Source: the human T2T-CHM13v2.0 reference genome, Homo sapiens. Taken from it: 64,000 bases of DNA. The notes under the pieces are model-generated. The model searched no databases. It saw only the letters and a list, made by a program, of their open reading frames with translations, and was not told the origin of the DNA. Shown in pieces: positions 36,001-53,200 of the stretch; positions within the stretch are counted from its first letter, which is position 1, and each line of letters begins with the position of its first letter. The stretch covers positions 11,488,001 through 11,552,000 of the forward strand of contig CP086569.2 of the NCBI GenBank assembly GCA_009914755.4, in the 5' to 3' direction. Position numbers and translations under genes: made by a program.

Positions 36001-37440
36001 TGCATTCCCTTCCCTTCCTTTCCATTCCGTTTCATTCCCCTAGTTTTGATTCCATTCCATTCCATTCCATTCCATTCCTTTCCATTCCATTCCATTCCAT
36101 TCCCTTCCATTCCATTCCACTCGGAATGATTCCATTCCATTCCATTCCATTCCATTCCATTACATTACATTTCATTCCGTTCCTTTCTATTCCATTCCAT
36201 AACATTCCATTCCAGTCTTGTTGATGCCATCCGATTCCATTCCATTCCATTACATTCCCTTCCCTTCCATTCCATTTCATTCCAGTAAATTCCGGTTTAT
36301 TCCATTCCATTCCATTCTGTTCCATTCCATTCCATTCCATTCCATTCCATTCCATTCCATTCCACTCCACTCCACTCCACTCCACTCCATTCCACTCCAT
36401 TCCATTCCATTCCATTCCATTCCATTCCATTCCATTATATTCCATTCCATTCCTGTTGATTCCATTCCATTGCATTCCATTACACTCGGATTGATTCCTT
36501 TCCATTCCATGCCATTCCATTCCATTCCATTCCCCTCGTGTTGATTCCATTCGATTCCTTTCTATTCCATTCCACTCGGATTTATTCCTTCCCATTCCAT
36601 TCCATTCCGTTCCATTCCATTCCATTCCATTCCATTGTGTTCCATTTCTTTCCATTGCATTCCATTCCATTCCAGTCGGGTTGATTCTATCCCGTTCCAT
36701 TCCGTTCCGTTCCATTCCATTCCATTCCATTCCATTCCATTCCATTACATTCCATTTCTTTCCATTGCATTCCATTCCGTTCCAGTCGGGTTGATTCCAT
36801 TCCATTCCATTCCATTCCATTCCATTCCATTCCATTCCATTCCAATCCATTGCATTCCATTCCGTTCCATTCTATTCCGTTGCATTCCAACTGACTCAAT
36901 TCCATTCTATTCCATTCCATTCCGTTCCATTCCATTCCATTCCATTCCATTCCATTCCATTCCATTCCACTCCACTGCACTCCATTCCATTCCATTGCAT
37001 TCCATTCCATTCCATTCCATTCCATTATATTCCATTCCATTCCTGTTGATTCCATTCCTTTGCATTCCATTACACTCGGATTATTCCATTCCATTCCATG
37101 CCATTCCATTCCATTCCCCTCGTGTTGATTCCATTCGATTCCTTTCTATTCCATTCCACTCGGGTTGATTCCTTCCCATTCCGTTCCGTTCCATTCCATT
37201 CCATTCCATTCCATTCCATTCCATTCCATTCCATTCCATTCCATTCGATTCCATTCCATTGCGTTCCATTTCTTTCCATTGCATTCCATTCCATTCCAGT
37301 CGGGTTGATTCTATCTCATTCCATTCCATTCCGTTCCATTCCATTCCATTCCGTTCCATTTCTTTCCTTTGCATTCCATTCCGTTCCAGTCGGGTTGATT
37401 CCATTCCATTCCATTCCATTCCATTCCATTCCATTCCTTT
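30001..37440 (+). repeat. Human satellite III (HSat3): (ATTCC)n with the recurring ACTCGGGTTGATTC decamer, and local higher-order repeats
   Basis: Long pure attccattcc runs punctuated every ~100-250 bp by ccactcgggttgattc(c/a)attcc. Near-identical ~170-bp blocks occur at 33130 and 33300, and at 36650 and 36770. Confidence 0.95.
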
Positions 37441-37473
37441 CTGTATATGTCCACGGATATCCCTGTATAAAAC
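37441..37473. other. 33-bp non-satellite linker at the HSat3 / beta-satellite junction
   Basis: ctgtatatgtccacggatatccctgtataaaac matches neither pentamer nor beta-monomer sequence. The pentamer array ends ..ccattcctttctg and beta begins ctgggtgatcagtgcag. Confidence 0.7.
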
Positions 37474-39470
37474 CTGGGTGATCAGTGCAGTGATATGTCA
37501 CAATGCCATTTAGCCATGGCGTACAGTATAGTTACATCACCTGGGAGATCATTGTAGAGATATGTCACAATGTCCCCAGTAGGCAGAGACCAGACAATAT
37601 TTGGATCTCCTTGGGATCAGTGCAGAGATATGTCTCAATACCCCTGTGGGCATAGCATAGATTAGTGTTACATCACCTCGGTTAACATTGCAGAGATATG
37701 TCTAAATGCCCCTGTAGGCACAACCTACACAACTGTTACATCACTTAGGTGATCACTGCAGAGATATGTCACATTGCCCCCTGTAAGCAGAGCCTAGACA
37801 AGAGTTACATCATCTGGGTGATCAGGGCAGAGATATGTGACAAGGCCCCTTTAAGCAGACCCTCGACAATAGTTACATCACCTGAGTGATCACTGCAGAG
37901 ATCTGTCACAAGGCCCCTTTAGGCAGAGCTTAGACCAGAGTTACATCACCTGGATGATCATTGCAGAGATATGTCACAATGTCCCCATAGGCAAATCCAA
38001 GACAAGCGTTCGTCACCTGGGTGATCATTGCAGAAATATGTGACAATGCCCTCAGGAGGCGGAGCCTACAGAAGAGTCCAATCACCTGCGTGATCAGTGC
38101 AGAGATATTTCACAATGCCCCTGCAGGCAGAGTGTAAGCAAGAGTTACATCACCTAGATGATCAGTGCAGAGATATGTCACAAGGCCCCCTATACGCAGA
38201 GTCGGACAAGAGTTACATCACCTCAGTGATCAATGCAGTGATATGTCACTATGCCCCGTAGGCAGAGCCTAGTCAAGCGTTACATCACCTGGGTGATTAC
38301 TGCAGAGATATGTCACAAAGTCCCCATACACAGAGCCTAGACAAGAGTCCCATCACCTGGGTGATCAGTGCAGAAATATGTCACAATGCCCCTATAGGCC
38401 GATCGAAGACAAGAGTCCTTCACCTGGGTGATCAGTGCAGAAATATGTCACAATGCCCCCTTAGGCAGAGCCTAGATAAAAGCCCCATCACCTGGATGAT
38501 CAGTGCAGAGTTATGTCACAAATTCCCTTTAGGCAGATCCTAGAGAAAGGTTACATCACTTGGATGATCAGTGCAGAGATATGTCACTATGCTACAGTAG
38601 GCAGAGCCTAGACTAGAGTTACATGACCTCGGTGATCAGTGCAGAGATACATCGCAATGTCCCTGTAGGCAGAGCCTTGACAAGTGGTACATCACCTGGG
38701 TGATCATTGCAGGGATATGTCACAAAGCACCCTGTAGGCAGATCCTAGAAAAGAGTTACATCACCTGGGTGATCAGTGCAGAGATATGTCACAATGCCAC
38801 TATAGGTAGAGCCTAGAAAAGATTTACATGACCTAGGTGATCAGTGCAGAGATACATCGCAATGCCCCTGTAGGCAGGGCCTTGACAAGTGGTATATCAC
38901 CTGGGTGATCATTGCAGGGATATGTCACAAAGCACCCAGTAGGCAGATCCTAGAGAAGAGTTATATCACCTGGGTGATCAGTGCAGAGATATGTCACAAG
39001 CCCACTTTAGGCAGAGCCTAGACAAGAGTTACATCTCCTCGGTGATCAATGCAGTGATATGTCACTATGCCCCGTAGGCAGAGCCTAGTCAAGCGTTCCA
39101 TCACCTCGGTGATCAGTGCAGACATATGTCACAAAGCCCCCATTCACAAAGCCTAGACAAGCGTCCCATCACCTGAGTGATCAATGCAGAGATATGTCAC
39201 AAAGCCCCCATACACAGAGCCTAGAGAAGAGTCCCATCACTTGGGTGATCAGTGCAGAAATATGTCAAAATGCCCCCATAGGCAGATCCTACACAAGAGT
39301 TACATCACCTGGGTGATCTGCGTAGAGATATGTCACAATGCCCCCATAGGCAGAGCGTAGACAAAAGTCCCATCACCTGGCTGATCAGTGCAGAGTTATG
39401 TCACAAAGCCCCTGTAGGCAGAGCGTAGACAAGAGTTACATCACTTTGTTGATCAGTTCAGAGATGTGTC
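37474..39470 (+). repeat. Beta (Sau3A, 68-bp) satellite array A (~29 monomers), rearranged paralog of the distal part of array B
   Basis: 68-bp periodicity of gttacatcacctgggtgatcagtgcagagatatgtcacaatgcccctgtaggcagagcctagacaaga. The monomer order matches array B 45900-47471, with an extra internal duplication. Confidence 0.92.
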
Positions 39471-39761
39471 CTGCTGACTGTTTCCTCCCGGAGCTCTGCG
39501 GGCACCCAGAAACATGCAGGGAAGGGTGGAAGTCTGGCATGGTGCCCTCGCTCTCCTTGCCAGTTTCCAAACCGGCCACACTGCAGACTCCCCATGTTGC
39601 GGCACACGGGAATCCATCGTCTGGTCATCACGCCGGGGTGGCATCTTCTCTCTGGGTTCTCGCTCTTGTCTCCTACTTGGAAATGAACGAGAGCCACACG
39701 CCTGCGTGTGTGAGACTGTCCTGGCAACAGCGACACCCACAGGCACTGCCTCCTTCACTGA

Positions 39762-40889
<1,128 letters not shown>

Positions 40890-42237
40890 GCCAGGGATCG
40901 AGGGCCATCCCCGTGCTCCAGCCCAGCCAGGCCGCGCCAGCAGAGGGGATCTCCCAACCTGCCCCGGCATGCGGGGATTTTGCCTACGCCTCCCCGGCTC
41001 CTCTGGAAGGGGCTCTCTCTCACCCTCAGGCGCCTCGGTGGCCTCCGCACCCAGGCAAAAGCCGGGAGGGCTGTGACCCGCAGCGCCACGGCCTGCTGGG
41101 CCCTTGCCTGGTGGGACAGCCTGGGCCGGCTCAAGCGGGGCCACAGGGCTAAGGAGTGCTTGCGCCACCCGCGTCCCAGGGGAGTCTGTGGTGGGGCTGG
41201 GGCCAGGGACCCCAGGTCCCCGATGCGGCGTGGGAACCACAAGCCGGGCCGCTCCACCTCGCCAGCCCGTGCCCCCGGATGCCTCCACGCTGCAGGGGCA
41301 GTAGCAAGCCATCCCGGTGCCCTCCCAGGCACTCCAGTAGCCTGGGCGCTCGTCTGCACTCCCCTCCGGCCTGCTGCTGGATGAGCTCCTGGTGAGCCCG
41401 GAGTTTCTGCAGCAGGCGCAACCTTTCCTAGAAACGGAGGCCCGGGGGAGATGGAGGCCTTGGAAGAGGCCGCCTCACTGGAAGCACCCCTCAGCGAGGA
41501 AGTATACCGTTTTCTGCTGGAGGAGCTTTAGCACGCGGGATTGGGACGGGGTCGGGTCGGGGCAGGGTGGTGGCCTCTCTTTCGCGGGGAAAACCTGGCT
41601 GGCTATGGAGGGGTGTGTCTTCCCCCCCCTCCACTGGGCTGACCGGCCTGGGATTCCTGCCTTCTAGGTATAGGCCCGGTGAGAGACTCCACACAGCGGA
41701 GATCTGCCATTCTTTCCTGGGCATCCCGGGGATCCCAGAGCCGGCCCAGGTACCAGCAGGTGGGCCACAGACTGTGCACGCGCCGGTTAGCGGGCAGCCA
41801 CGTGGGCTGTGGGAGCAGCCCGGGAAGAGCTCTCATGCCTTTCCACCCCCACAACCCCGCCTGACCAACGCCTCCCCACCCCCACCCACCAGCCCCGGAA
41901 AGTGCATCCTCCCCTGGGATGGGTGGAAATCCCCATCCCACGAAACACCGGCCCGCACAGCTCCAGGCCTGACACCCCTCTGGCAGCTCGCATCCTCTGG
42001 GCCTCTGCGCCACCGTCGCCCAGCCGCCGGTACCCTGCAGCATCCCAGCTGCCACCATGGAGCACTTGGCGGTGGAACACAGACCTCTAGCTCTCCTTGC
42101 CGGCCTCCTGGCTAGACCTGCGCTCATTGCGCACTCCGGCTGACGTGCAAGGGAGCCCGCTGGCCTCTCTGTGCCCTTTTCTGTCCCTGAAATTCCTGTT
42201 GAGGCTCTCCCAACACCTTCCGACGCTCGTTAGTCAA

Positions 42238-45200
42238 AGCCTGGAGAATAGTTACATATCCTGGATGAGCAGTTCAGAAATATGGCACAATGTCCCCTCC
42301 CTGTGGAGCCTAGAGAAGATTTGCATCATTTGCGTGATCAGTGCAGAGATATATCACAATGTCCCCTGTACAAGAAGCCTGGAAATGATTTACATCACCT
42401 CGGTGATCAGTGCATAGGTATGTCAGAAATCCCCAGTAGGCTGAACTTAGACAAGGGTTACATCACTTAGGTGATCAGTGTAGAGATAAGTCATAAATCC
42501 TCCTGTAAGCAGAGTGTAGAAAAATGTTTCCTCCCTCGGGTGATCAGCGCAGAGATATGTCACAAAGCCCCTATAAGCAGAACCTTGACATGGGTTACAT
42601 CACCTGTTTGATCAGTGGAAATATATATCACAAAGCCTCCTGTAGGCAAAGCCCAGACAATTGTTACATCACCTGGGTGAGCAGTGGAGAGATCTGTCAC
42701 AATGCCCCTGTAGGCAGAGCTTAGACAAGGGTTACATCACCTGGGTGATCAGTGCAGAGATATGTCAAAACGCTCCTGTAGGCTGAACCTAGACAGGAGT
42801 TACATCACCCAGGTGGTCAGTGCAGAGACATGTGAGAATTCCCATGTAGGCAGAGCCTAGACAAGTGTAATATCACCTAGGTTATCAGTGCAGGTATAAG
42901 TCATACAGCCTCCTGTAGGCAGAGAGTAGACAAGAGTTCCCTCCCCAGGGTGATCAGTGCAGAGATGTGTCACAAAACCCCTGTAGGCAGAGCTTAGACA
43001 AGAGTTTCATCACTTGGTTGATCAGTTCAGAGATGTGTCACAATGTCCATGTAGGCAGATCTAAGACAACAGTCCATCACCTGGGTGATCAGTGCAGAGA
43101 TATGTACCAATGACCCAAGTAGGCAGTGCCTAGACAAGAGTTGCATCACCTCAGAGATCAGTGCTTAGATATGTCAGAAAGCCTTCTGTAGGCAAAGCCC
43201 ATACAAGGCTTACATCACCTAGGAGATCAGTGTAGTGGTATGTCACAAAAATCCCTGTAGACAGAGCCTAGACAAGAGTTACATCACCTGGGTGATCATT
43301 GCAGCTATTTGACACAATGCCCCCATAGACAGAGCCTAGACAAGACTTCCATCACCTGGGTGATCAGTGCAGAGAAATGTCACAAATCCCCCTCTAGGCA
43401 GAGTATAGAGAAGATTCCTATCACCTGGGTGATCAGTGCCGAGATATTTCAAAATGCCTCCTGTAGGCAGAGAGTGGATAAGAGTTACATAACATATGTG
43501 ATCTGTGCAGAGCTATGTGAAAACGCCCCTGTAGGCAGAGCCTAGAAAAATGTTACATCACCTGGTTGATCAGTGCAGAGATACGTCACAATACACCCTG
43601 TAGGTGGAGCCTAGACAAGAGTTACATCACCTGGGTGATCAGTACAGACATATGTCACAGAGCACCTGTAGGCAGAGCCTAAACAAGTGTTACATCTCCT
43701 GGGTGATCAGTGCAGAAATATGTCACAAAGCCCCTGTAGGCCGAGCCTAGACAAAAGTTACATCTCCTGGGTGATCAGTGCAAATATATGTCACAATGCC
43801 CCCATAGACAAATCGCAGAAAATTGTTACATCACCTGGGTGATCAGTGGAGATATCTGTCACAATTCCCATTTAGGCGCAGCTTAGACAAGCTTTACATC
43901 CCATGAGTGATCAGTGCAGAGATATGTAACTATGCCCCCATAGGCAGATCCAAGACAAGAGTCCATCACCTGGTTGATCAGTGCAGAAATATGCCACAAT
44001 GCCACCAGTAGGCAGATATAGACAAGAGTTACATCACCTGCGTGATCACTGCAGAGATATGTCACAATGCCCCTGTAGGCAGAGCCTAGACAAGAGTCCC
44101 ATCACCTGGGTGATCAGTGCAGAGTTATGTCAAAATGCCCCCTTTTGGCAGAGGCTAGACAAGGGTTACATCACCTGGGTGATCAGTGCAGAGATGTGTC
44201 ACAAGCCCCCTGTACCCAGAGCCTAGACAAGAGTTACATCAGGTGTGTGATCAGTGCAGTGACATGTCACAATGTCTCTGTAGCCATATCCTTGAGAATA
44301 GTGACATCACCTGGGTGATCGGTGCGGAGATATGTCACAATGCCTCCAGTATGCAGAGCGTAGACAAGAGTTACATCACCTGGGTGATCAGAGCAGAGAT
44401 ATGTCACAATGCCCCCGGTAAGCAGATCCCAGACAAGAGTTGCATCACCTCGGTGATCAGTGCACAGATATGTCTCAATGCCCCCTGTCGACAAAGCCTA
44501 TACAAGAGTTACATCATCTCGGTGATCAGTGCAGTGCTATGTGAAAATGCCCCTGTAGGCAGAGCCTAGACAAGAGTTACATCACCTGGGTGATCAGTGA
44601 AGAGATATGTCATAAATCCCACTGTAGGCAAAGCCTAGACAAGTTTTACATCACATCAGCGGTCAGTGCAAAGATATGTCCCAATGTTCCTCTAGGCAGA
44701 GCTTATACAATAGTCACATCTCCTGGGTTATCAGGGCAGTGATAAATCACAATGCCCCCATAGGCAGAGCCTAGACAAGAGTTACATAACCCGGGTGATC
44801 CGTGCAGAGTAATGTCACAATGCCCTCTGTAGGCAGAGCCTAGAAAAGAGTTACATCACCTGGGTGATCCGTGCAGAGATATCTCACAATACACCCTGTA
44901 AGCAGAGCCTAGAAAAGAGTTACATCACCTGGGTGATCAGTGCAGAGATATGTCATAAACCCCACTGTAGGCAAAGCCTAGACAAATTTTACATCACCTA
45001 AGTGATCAGTGCAGAGATATGTCCCAATGTCCCTCTAGGCAGAGCTTAGACCAGAGTCACAACTCCTAGGTGATCAGTGTAGAGATAAGTCACAATGCCC
45101 CCATAGGCAGAGCCTAGACAAGAGTTAAATAACCAGGGTGATCCGTGCAGAGTGATGTCAAAACGTCCCTTGTAGGCAGAGAAGAGAAAAGAGTTACATC

Positions 45201-47471
45201 ACCTGGGTGATCAGTGCAGAGATATGTCACAATGCCTCCTGTAGGCAGAGCATAGAGAAGAGTTGCATCACCTTGGTGATCAGTGAAGAGATATGTCACA
45301 ATGTCCCCTGTAGGAAAAGCCTAGAGAATAGTTACATCACCTTTGTCTTCAGTTCAGGGATATGTGAAAACGCCACTGTACGCAGAGCCTAGACAAAAGT
45401 TACATCACCTAGTTCATCAGTGCAGAGATATTTCACAACACCCACTGTAGGCAGAACCTAGACAAGAGTTGAATCACCTGGGTGATTTTGTGCAGAGATA
45501 TTTCACAGTGCCCCCTTTGGGCAGAGGGTAGACAAGAGTTACATCACCTAGGTGATCAGTGCAGAGATTTGTCAGAATTCCCTGTAGGCAGTGCTTATAA
45601 AAGTGTTACATCACCTAGGTGATCAGTGCAGAGATTTGTCAAAATTCCCTGTAGGCAGTGCTTATAAAAGTGTTACATCACCTAAGTGATCAGTGCAGAG
45701 ATATGTCACAAAGCTCCTGTAGGCAGAACTTGGATGAGTTATATCACCTGGGTTATCAGTGCAAAGGTATGTCACAAAGCCCCCTGTAGGCAAAGCCTAG
45801 ACAATAGTTACAACAGTTGGTTGATCAGTGGCGAGATCTCTCACAATTACCCTGTAGGCAGAGCTTATACAACAGTTACATCACCTGGGTGATCAGTGCA
45901 GAGATATGTCACAATGCCCCCATAGGCAGATCCAAGACAAGAGTCCATCACCTGGGTGATCAGTGCAGAAATATGTCACAATGCCCCCTTAGGCAGATCC
46001 TAGACAAAAGCCCCATCACCTGGATGATCAGTGCAGAGTTATGTCACAAAGTCCCGTTAGGCAGATCCTGGAGAAGAGTTACATCACTCGGGTGATCAGT
46101 GCAGAGATATGTCACAATGCCACTGTAGGCAGAGCCTAGACAACGGTTACATGACCTAGGTGATCAGTGCAGAGATACATCGCAATGTCCCTGTAGGCAG
46201 AGCTTTGACAAGTGGTACATCACCTGGGTGATCATTGCAGGGATATGTCACAAAGCACCCTGTAGGCAAATCCTAGAGAAGAGTTATATCACCTGGATGA
46301 TCAGTGCAGAGATATGTCACAACCCCCTGTAGGCAGAGCTTAGACAAGAGTTATATCACCTGGGTGATCAGTGCAGTGGTATGTCACAATGCCATGTAGA
46401 CGGAGCCTAAACTAAAGTTACAGCACCTGGGAGATCATTGCAGAGATATGTCACAATGTCCCCAGTAGGCAGAGACCAGGCAAGAATTGGATCACCTCGG
46501 GATCAGGGCAGAGATATGTCTCAATCCCCCTGTGGGCACAGCCTAGACAAGAGTTACATCACCTCGGTTAACAGTGCAGAGATATGTCAAAATGCCTCTG
46601 TAGGCAGAGCCTACACAATTGTTATATCACTTAGATGATCAGTGCAGAGATATGTCACAATACCCCTTGTAAGCAGAGCCTAGAGAAGAGTTACGTCACC
46701 TGGGTGATCAGTGCAGACATATGTGACAAGGCCCCTTTAAGCAGAGCCTAGACAATAGTTACATCACCTGAGTGATCAGTGCAGAGATCTGTCACAATGC
46801 CCCTTTAGGCAGAGCTTAGACCAGAGTTACATCACCTGGGTGATCAGTGCAGAGATATGTCACAATGCCTCCATAGGCAAATCCAAGTTGAGATTCTGTC
46901 ACCTGTGTGATCAGTGCAGACATATGTGACCATGCCCCCAGTAGGCAGAGCCTAGAGAATAGTCCCATCACCTGGGTGATCAGTGCAGAGATATTTCACA
47001 ATGCCCCTGAAGGCAGAGTGTAAGCAAGAGTTACATCACTGAGATGATCAGTGCAGAGATATGTCACAAGGCCCCCTATAGGCAGAGCCTGGACAAGAGT
47101 TACATCACCTCAGTGATCAATGCAGTGATATGTCACTATGCCCCGTAGGAAGAGTCTAAACAAGCGTTACATCACCTAGGTGATCAGTGCAGAGATATGT
47201 CACAAAGCCCCCACACACAGAGCCTAGACAAGAGTCCCATCATCTGGGTTATCAGTGCAGAAATATGTCACAATGCCCCCATAGGCAGATCCTACACAAG
47301 AGTTACATCACCTGGGTGATCAGTGTAGAGATATGTCACAATGCCCCCATAGGCAGAGCCTAGACAAAATTCCCATCCGCTGGGTAATCAGTGCAGAGAT
47401 ACGTCACAAAGCCCCGTAGGCAGAGCATAGACAAGATTTTCATCACTTTGTAGATCAGTTTAGAGATGTGT
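42238..47471 (+). repeat. Beta satellite array B (~77 monomers, 5.2 kb)
   Basis: 68-bp monomers. The first ~3.9 kb is colinear (~90% identical) with array C and with the start of array D. Confidence 0.93.
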
Positions 47472-50247
<2,776 letters not shown>

Positions 50248-53200
50248 AAGTCTGGAGAATGGTTACATCTCCTGGATGATCGGTTCAGAAATATGTCCCA
50301 ATGCCCCCTCCCTCCGGAGCCTAGAGAAGATTTGCATCATTTGGGTGATCAGCGCAGAGATATATCACAATGTCCCATGTACAAAAAGCCTGGAAATGAT
50401 TTACATCACCTCGGTGATCAGTGCATAGGTATGTCAGATATCCCCAGTAGCCTGAACCTAGACAAGGGTTACATCACTTAGGTGATCAGCATAGAGATAT
50501 GTGAAAATTCCCGTCTAGACACAGCCTAGAGAAGTGTTACATCACCTAGTGATCAGTGCAGGAATAAGTTGTAAAGCATCCTGTAGGTAGAGTGTAGACA
50601 ACTGATTCCTCCCTGGGGTGACCAGTGAAGAGATATGTCACAAAGCCCCTGTAAGCAGAACCTTGACAACGGTTACATCACCTGTTTGATCAGTGGAAAT
50701 GTATATCACAAATTCTCCTGTAGGCAAAGCACAGACAATTGTTACATCACCTGGGTGAGCAGTGGAGAGATCTGTCACAATGCCCCTGTAGGCAGAGCTT
50801 AGACAAGGGTTACATCACCAGGGTGATCAGTGCAGAGATATGTCAAAACTCTCCTGTAGACTGAACCTAGACAGGAGTAACATCACCAGGGTAATCAGTG
50901 CAGAGATATGTGAGAATATCCGTGTAGGCAGAGTCTAGAAAAGTGTTACATCACCTAGGTTATCCGAGCAGGTATAAGTCATACAGTCTCCTGTAGGCAG
51001 AGAGTAGACAAGAGTTCCCTCCCCAGGGTGATCAGTGCAGAGATGTATCACAAAGCCCCTGTAGGCAGAGCCTAGACAACAGTTTCATCACTTGGTTGAT
51101 CAGTTCAGAGATGTGTCACAATGTCCATGTAGGCAGATCTAAGACAAGAGTCCATCACCTGGGTGATCAGTGCAGAGAGATATACCAATGTCCTCTGTAG
51201 GCAGTGGCTAGACAAGAGTTGCATCACTTCAGAGATGAGTGCATAGATATCTCACAAAGCCTTCTGTAGGCAAAGCCCGTACAAGGCTTGCATCACCTAG
51301 GTGATCAGTGCAGTGATATGTCACAAAAATCCCTGTAGACAGAGCCTAGACAAGACTTACATCACCTGGGTGATCAGTGCAGATATTAGACACAATGCCC
51401 CCATAGACAGAGCCTAGACAAGACTTCCATCACCTGGGTGATCAGTGCAGAGATATGTCACAAACCCCCTCTAGGCAGAGTATAGAGAAGAGTCCCATCA
51501 CCTGGGTGATCAGTGCAGAGATATTTCACAATGCCCCCTGTAGGCAGAGAGAGGATAAGAGTTACATAACCTAGGTGATCTGTGCAGACCTATGTCAAAA
51601 CGCCCCTGTAGGCAGAGCCTAGATAAATGTTACATCACCTGGGTGACCAGTGTTGAGATACGTCACAATACCCCCTGTACGTAGAGCCTAGACAAGAGTT
51701 ACATCACCTGGGTGATCAGTGCAGAGGTATGTCACAAAGCCCCTGTAGGCAGAGCCTAAACAAGACTTACATCACCTGGGTGATCAGTGCAGAAATATGT
51801 TACAATACCCCCTGTAGTTGGAGCCTACACAAGAGTTACATCTCCTGGGTGATCAGTGCAAATATATGTCACAAAGTCCCCTGTAGACAAATCCCAGAAA
51901 AATGTTACATCACCTGGGTGATCACTGGAGGTATCTGTCACAATTCCCCTTTAGGCGCAACTTAGACAAGTGTTACATCACATGAGTGATCAGTGCAGAG
52001 ATATGTCACTATGCCCCCATAGGCAGATCCAAGACAAGAGTCCATCACCTGGGTGATCAGTGTAGAAATATGCCACAATGCCGCCAGTAGGCAGATATAG
52101 ACAAGAGTTACATCACCTGCGTGATCACTGCAGAGATATGTCACAATGCCCCTGTAGGCAGAGCCTAGACAAGAGTCCCATCACCTGGGTGATCAGTGCA
52201 GAGTTATGTCACAATGCCGCCTTTTGGCAGAGCCTAGACAAGGGTTACATCACCTGGGTGATCAGTGCAGAGATATGTCACAAGCCTCCTGTAGCCAGAT
52301 CTTAGACAAGAGTTACATCAGCTGTGTGATCAGTGCAGTGACATGTCACAATGTCCCTGTAGCCATATCCTTGACAAAAGTGACATCACCTGGGTGATCA
52401 GTGCAGAGATATGTCACAATGTCTCCAGTAGGCAGAGTCTGGACAAGAGTTACATCACCTGGGTGATCAATGCAGATATTTGACACAATGCCCCCATAGA
52501 CAGAGGCTAGACAAGACTTCCATCACCTGGGTGATCAGTGCAGAGATATGTCACAAGTCCCCCTCTAGGTAGAGTATAGAGAAGAGTCCCATCACATGGT
52601 GATCAGTGCAGAGATATTTCACAATGCGCCCTGTAGGCAGAGAGTGGAGAAGAGTTACACAACCTAGGTGATCTGTGCAGAGCTATGTCTAAACACCCCT
52701 GTAGGCAGAGCCTAGATAAATGTTACATCACCTGGGTGATCAGTGCAGAGATACGTCACAATGCCCCCTGTAGGTGGAGCCTAGACAAATGTTCCATCAC
52801 CTGGGTGATCAATGCAGAAATATATCACAAAGCCCCTACAGGCCGAGCCTAGACAAGGGTTACATCTCCTGGGTGATCAGTGCAAACATATGTCACAAAG
52901 CCCCCTGTAGACAAATCCCAGAAAATTGTTACATCACCTGGGTGATCAGTGTAGATATCTGTCACAATTCCCCTTTAGGCGCAGCTTAGACAAGTGTTAC
53001 ATCACATGAGTTATCAGTGCAGAGATATGTCACTATGCCCCCATAGGCAGATCCAATACAAGAGTCCGTCACCTGGGTGATCAGTGCAGAAATATGCCAC
53101 AATGCCGCCGGTAGGCAGATATAGACAAAAGTTACATCACCTGCGTGATCACTGCAGAGATATGTCACAATGCCCCTGTAGGCAGAGCCTAGACAAGAGT

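Noticed and set aside
24153-37481. Very long ORFs across the (ATTCC)n arrays (e.g. 30086..32140 684 aa, 25147..26649 500 aa, 26915..28336 473 aa, and the many minus-strand [10 protein letters not shown] ORFs)
   Set aside because: ATTCC reads IPFHS in every + frame and GGAAT reads MEWNG in every - frame, with no stop codon possible. The peptides are pure low-complexity pentapeptide repeats. ORF length is not evidence of coding here.
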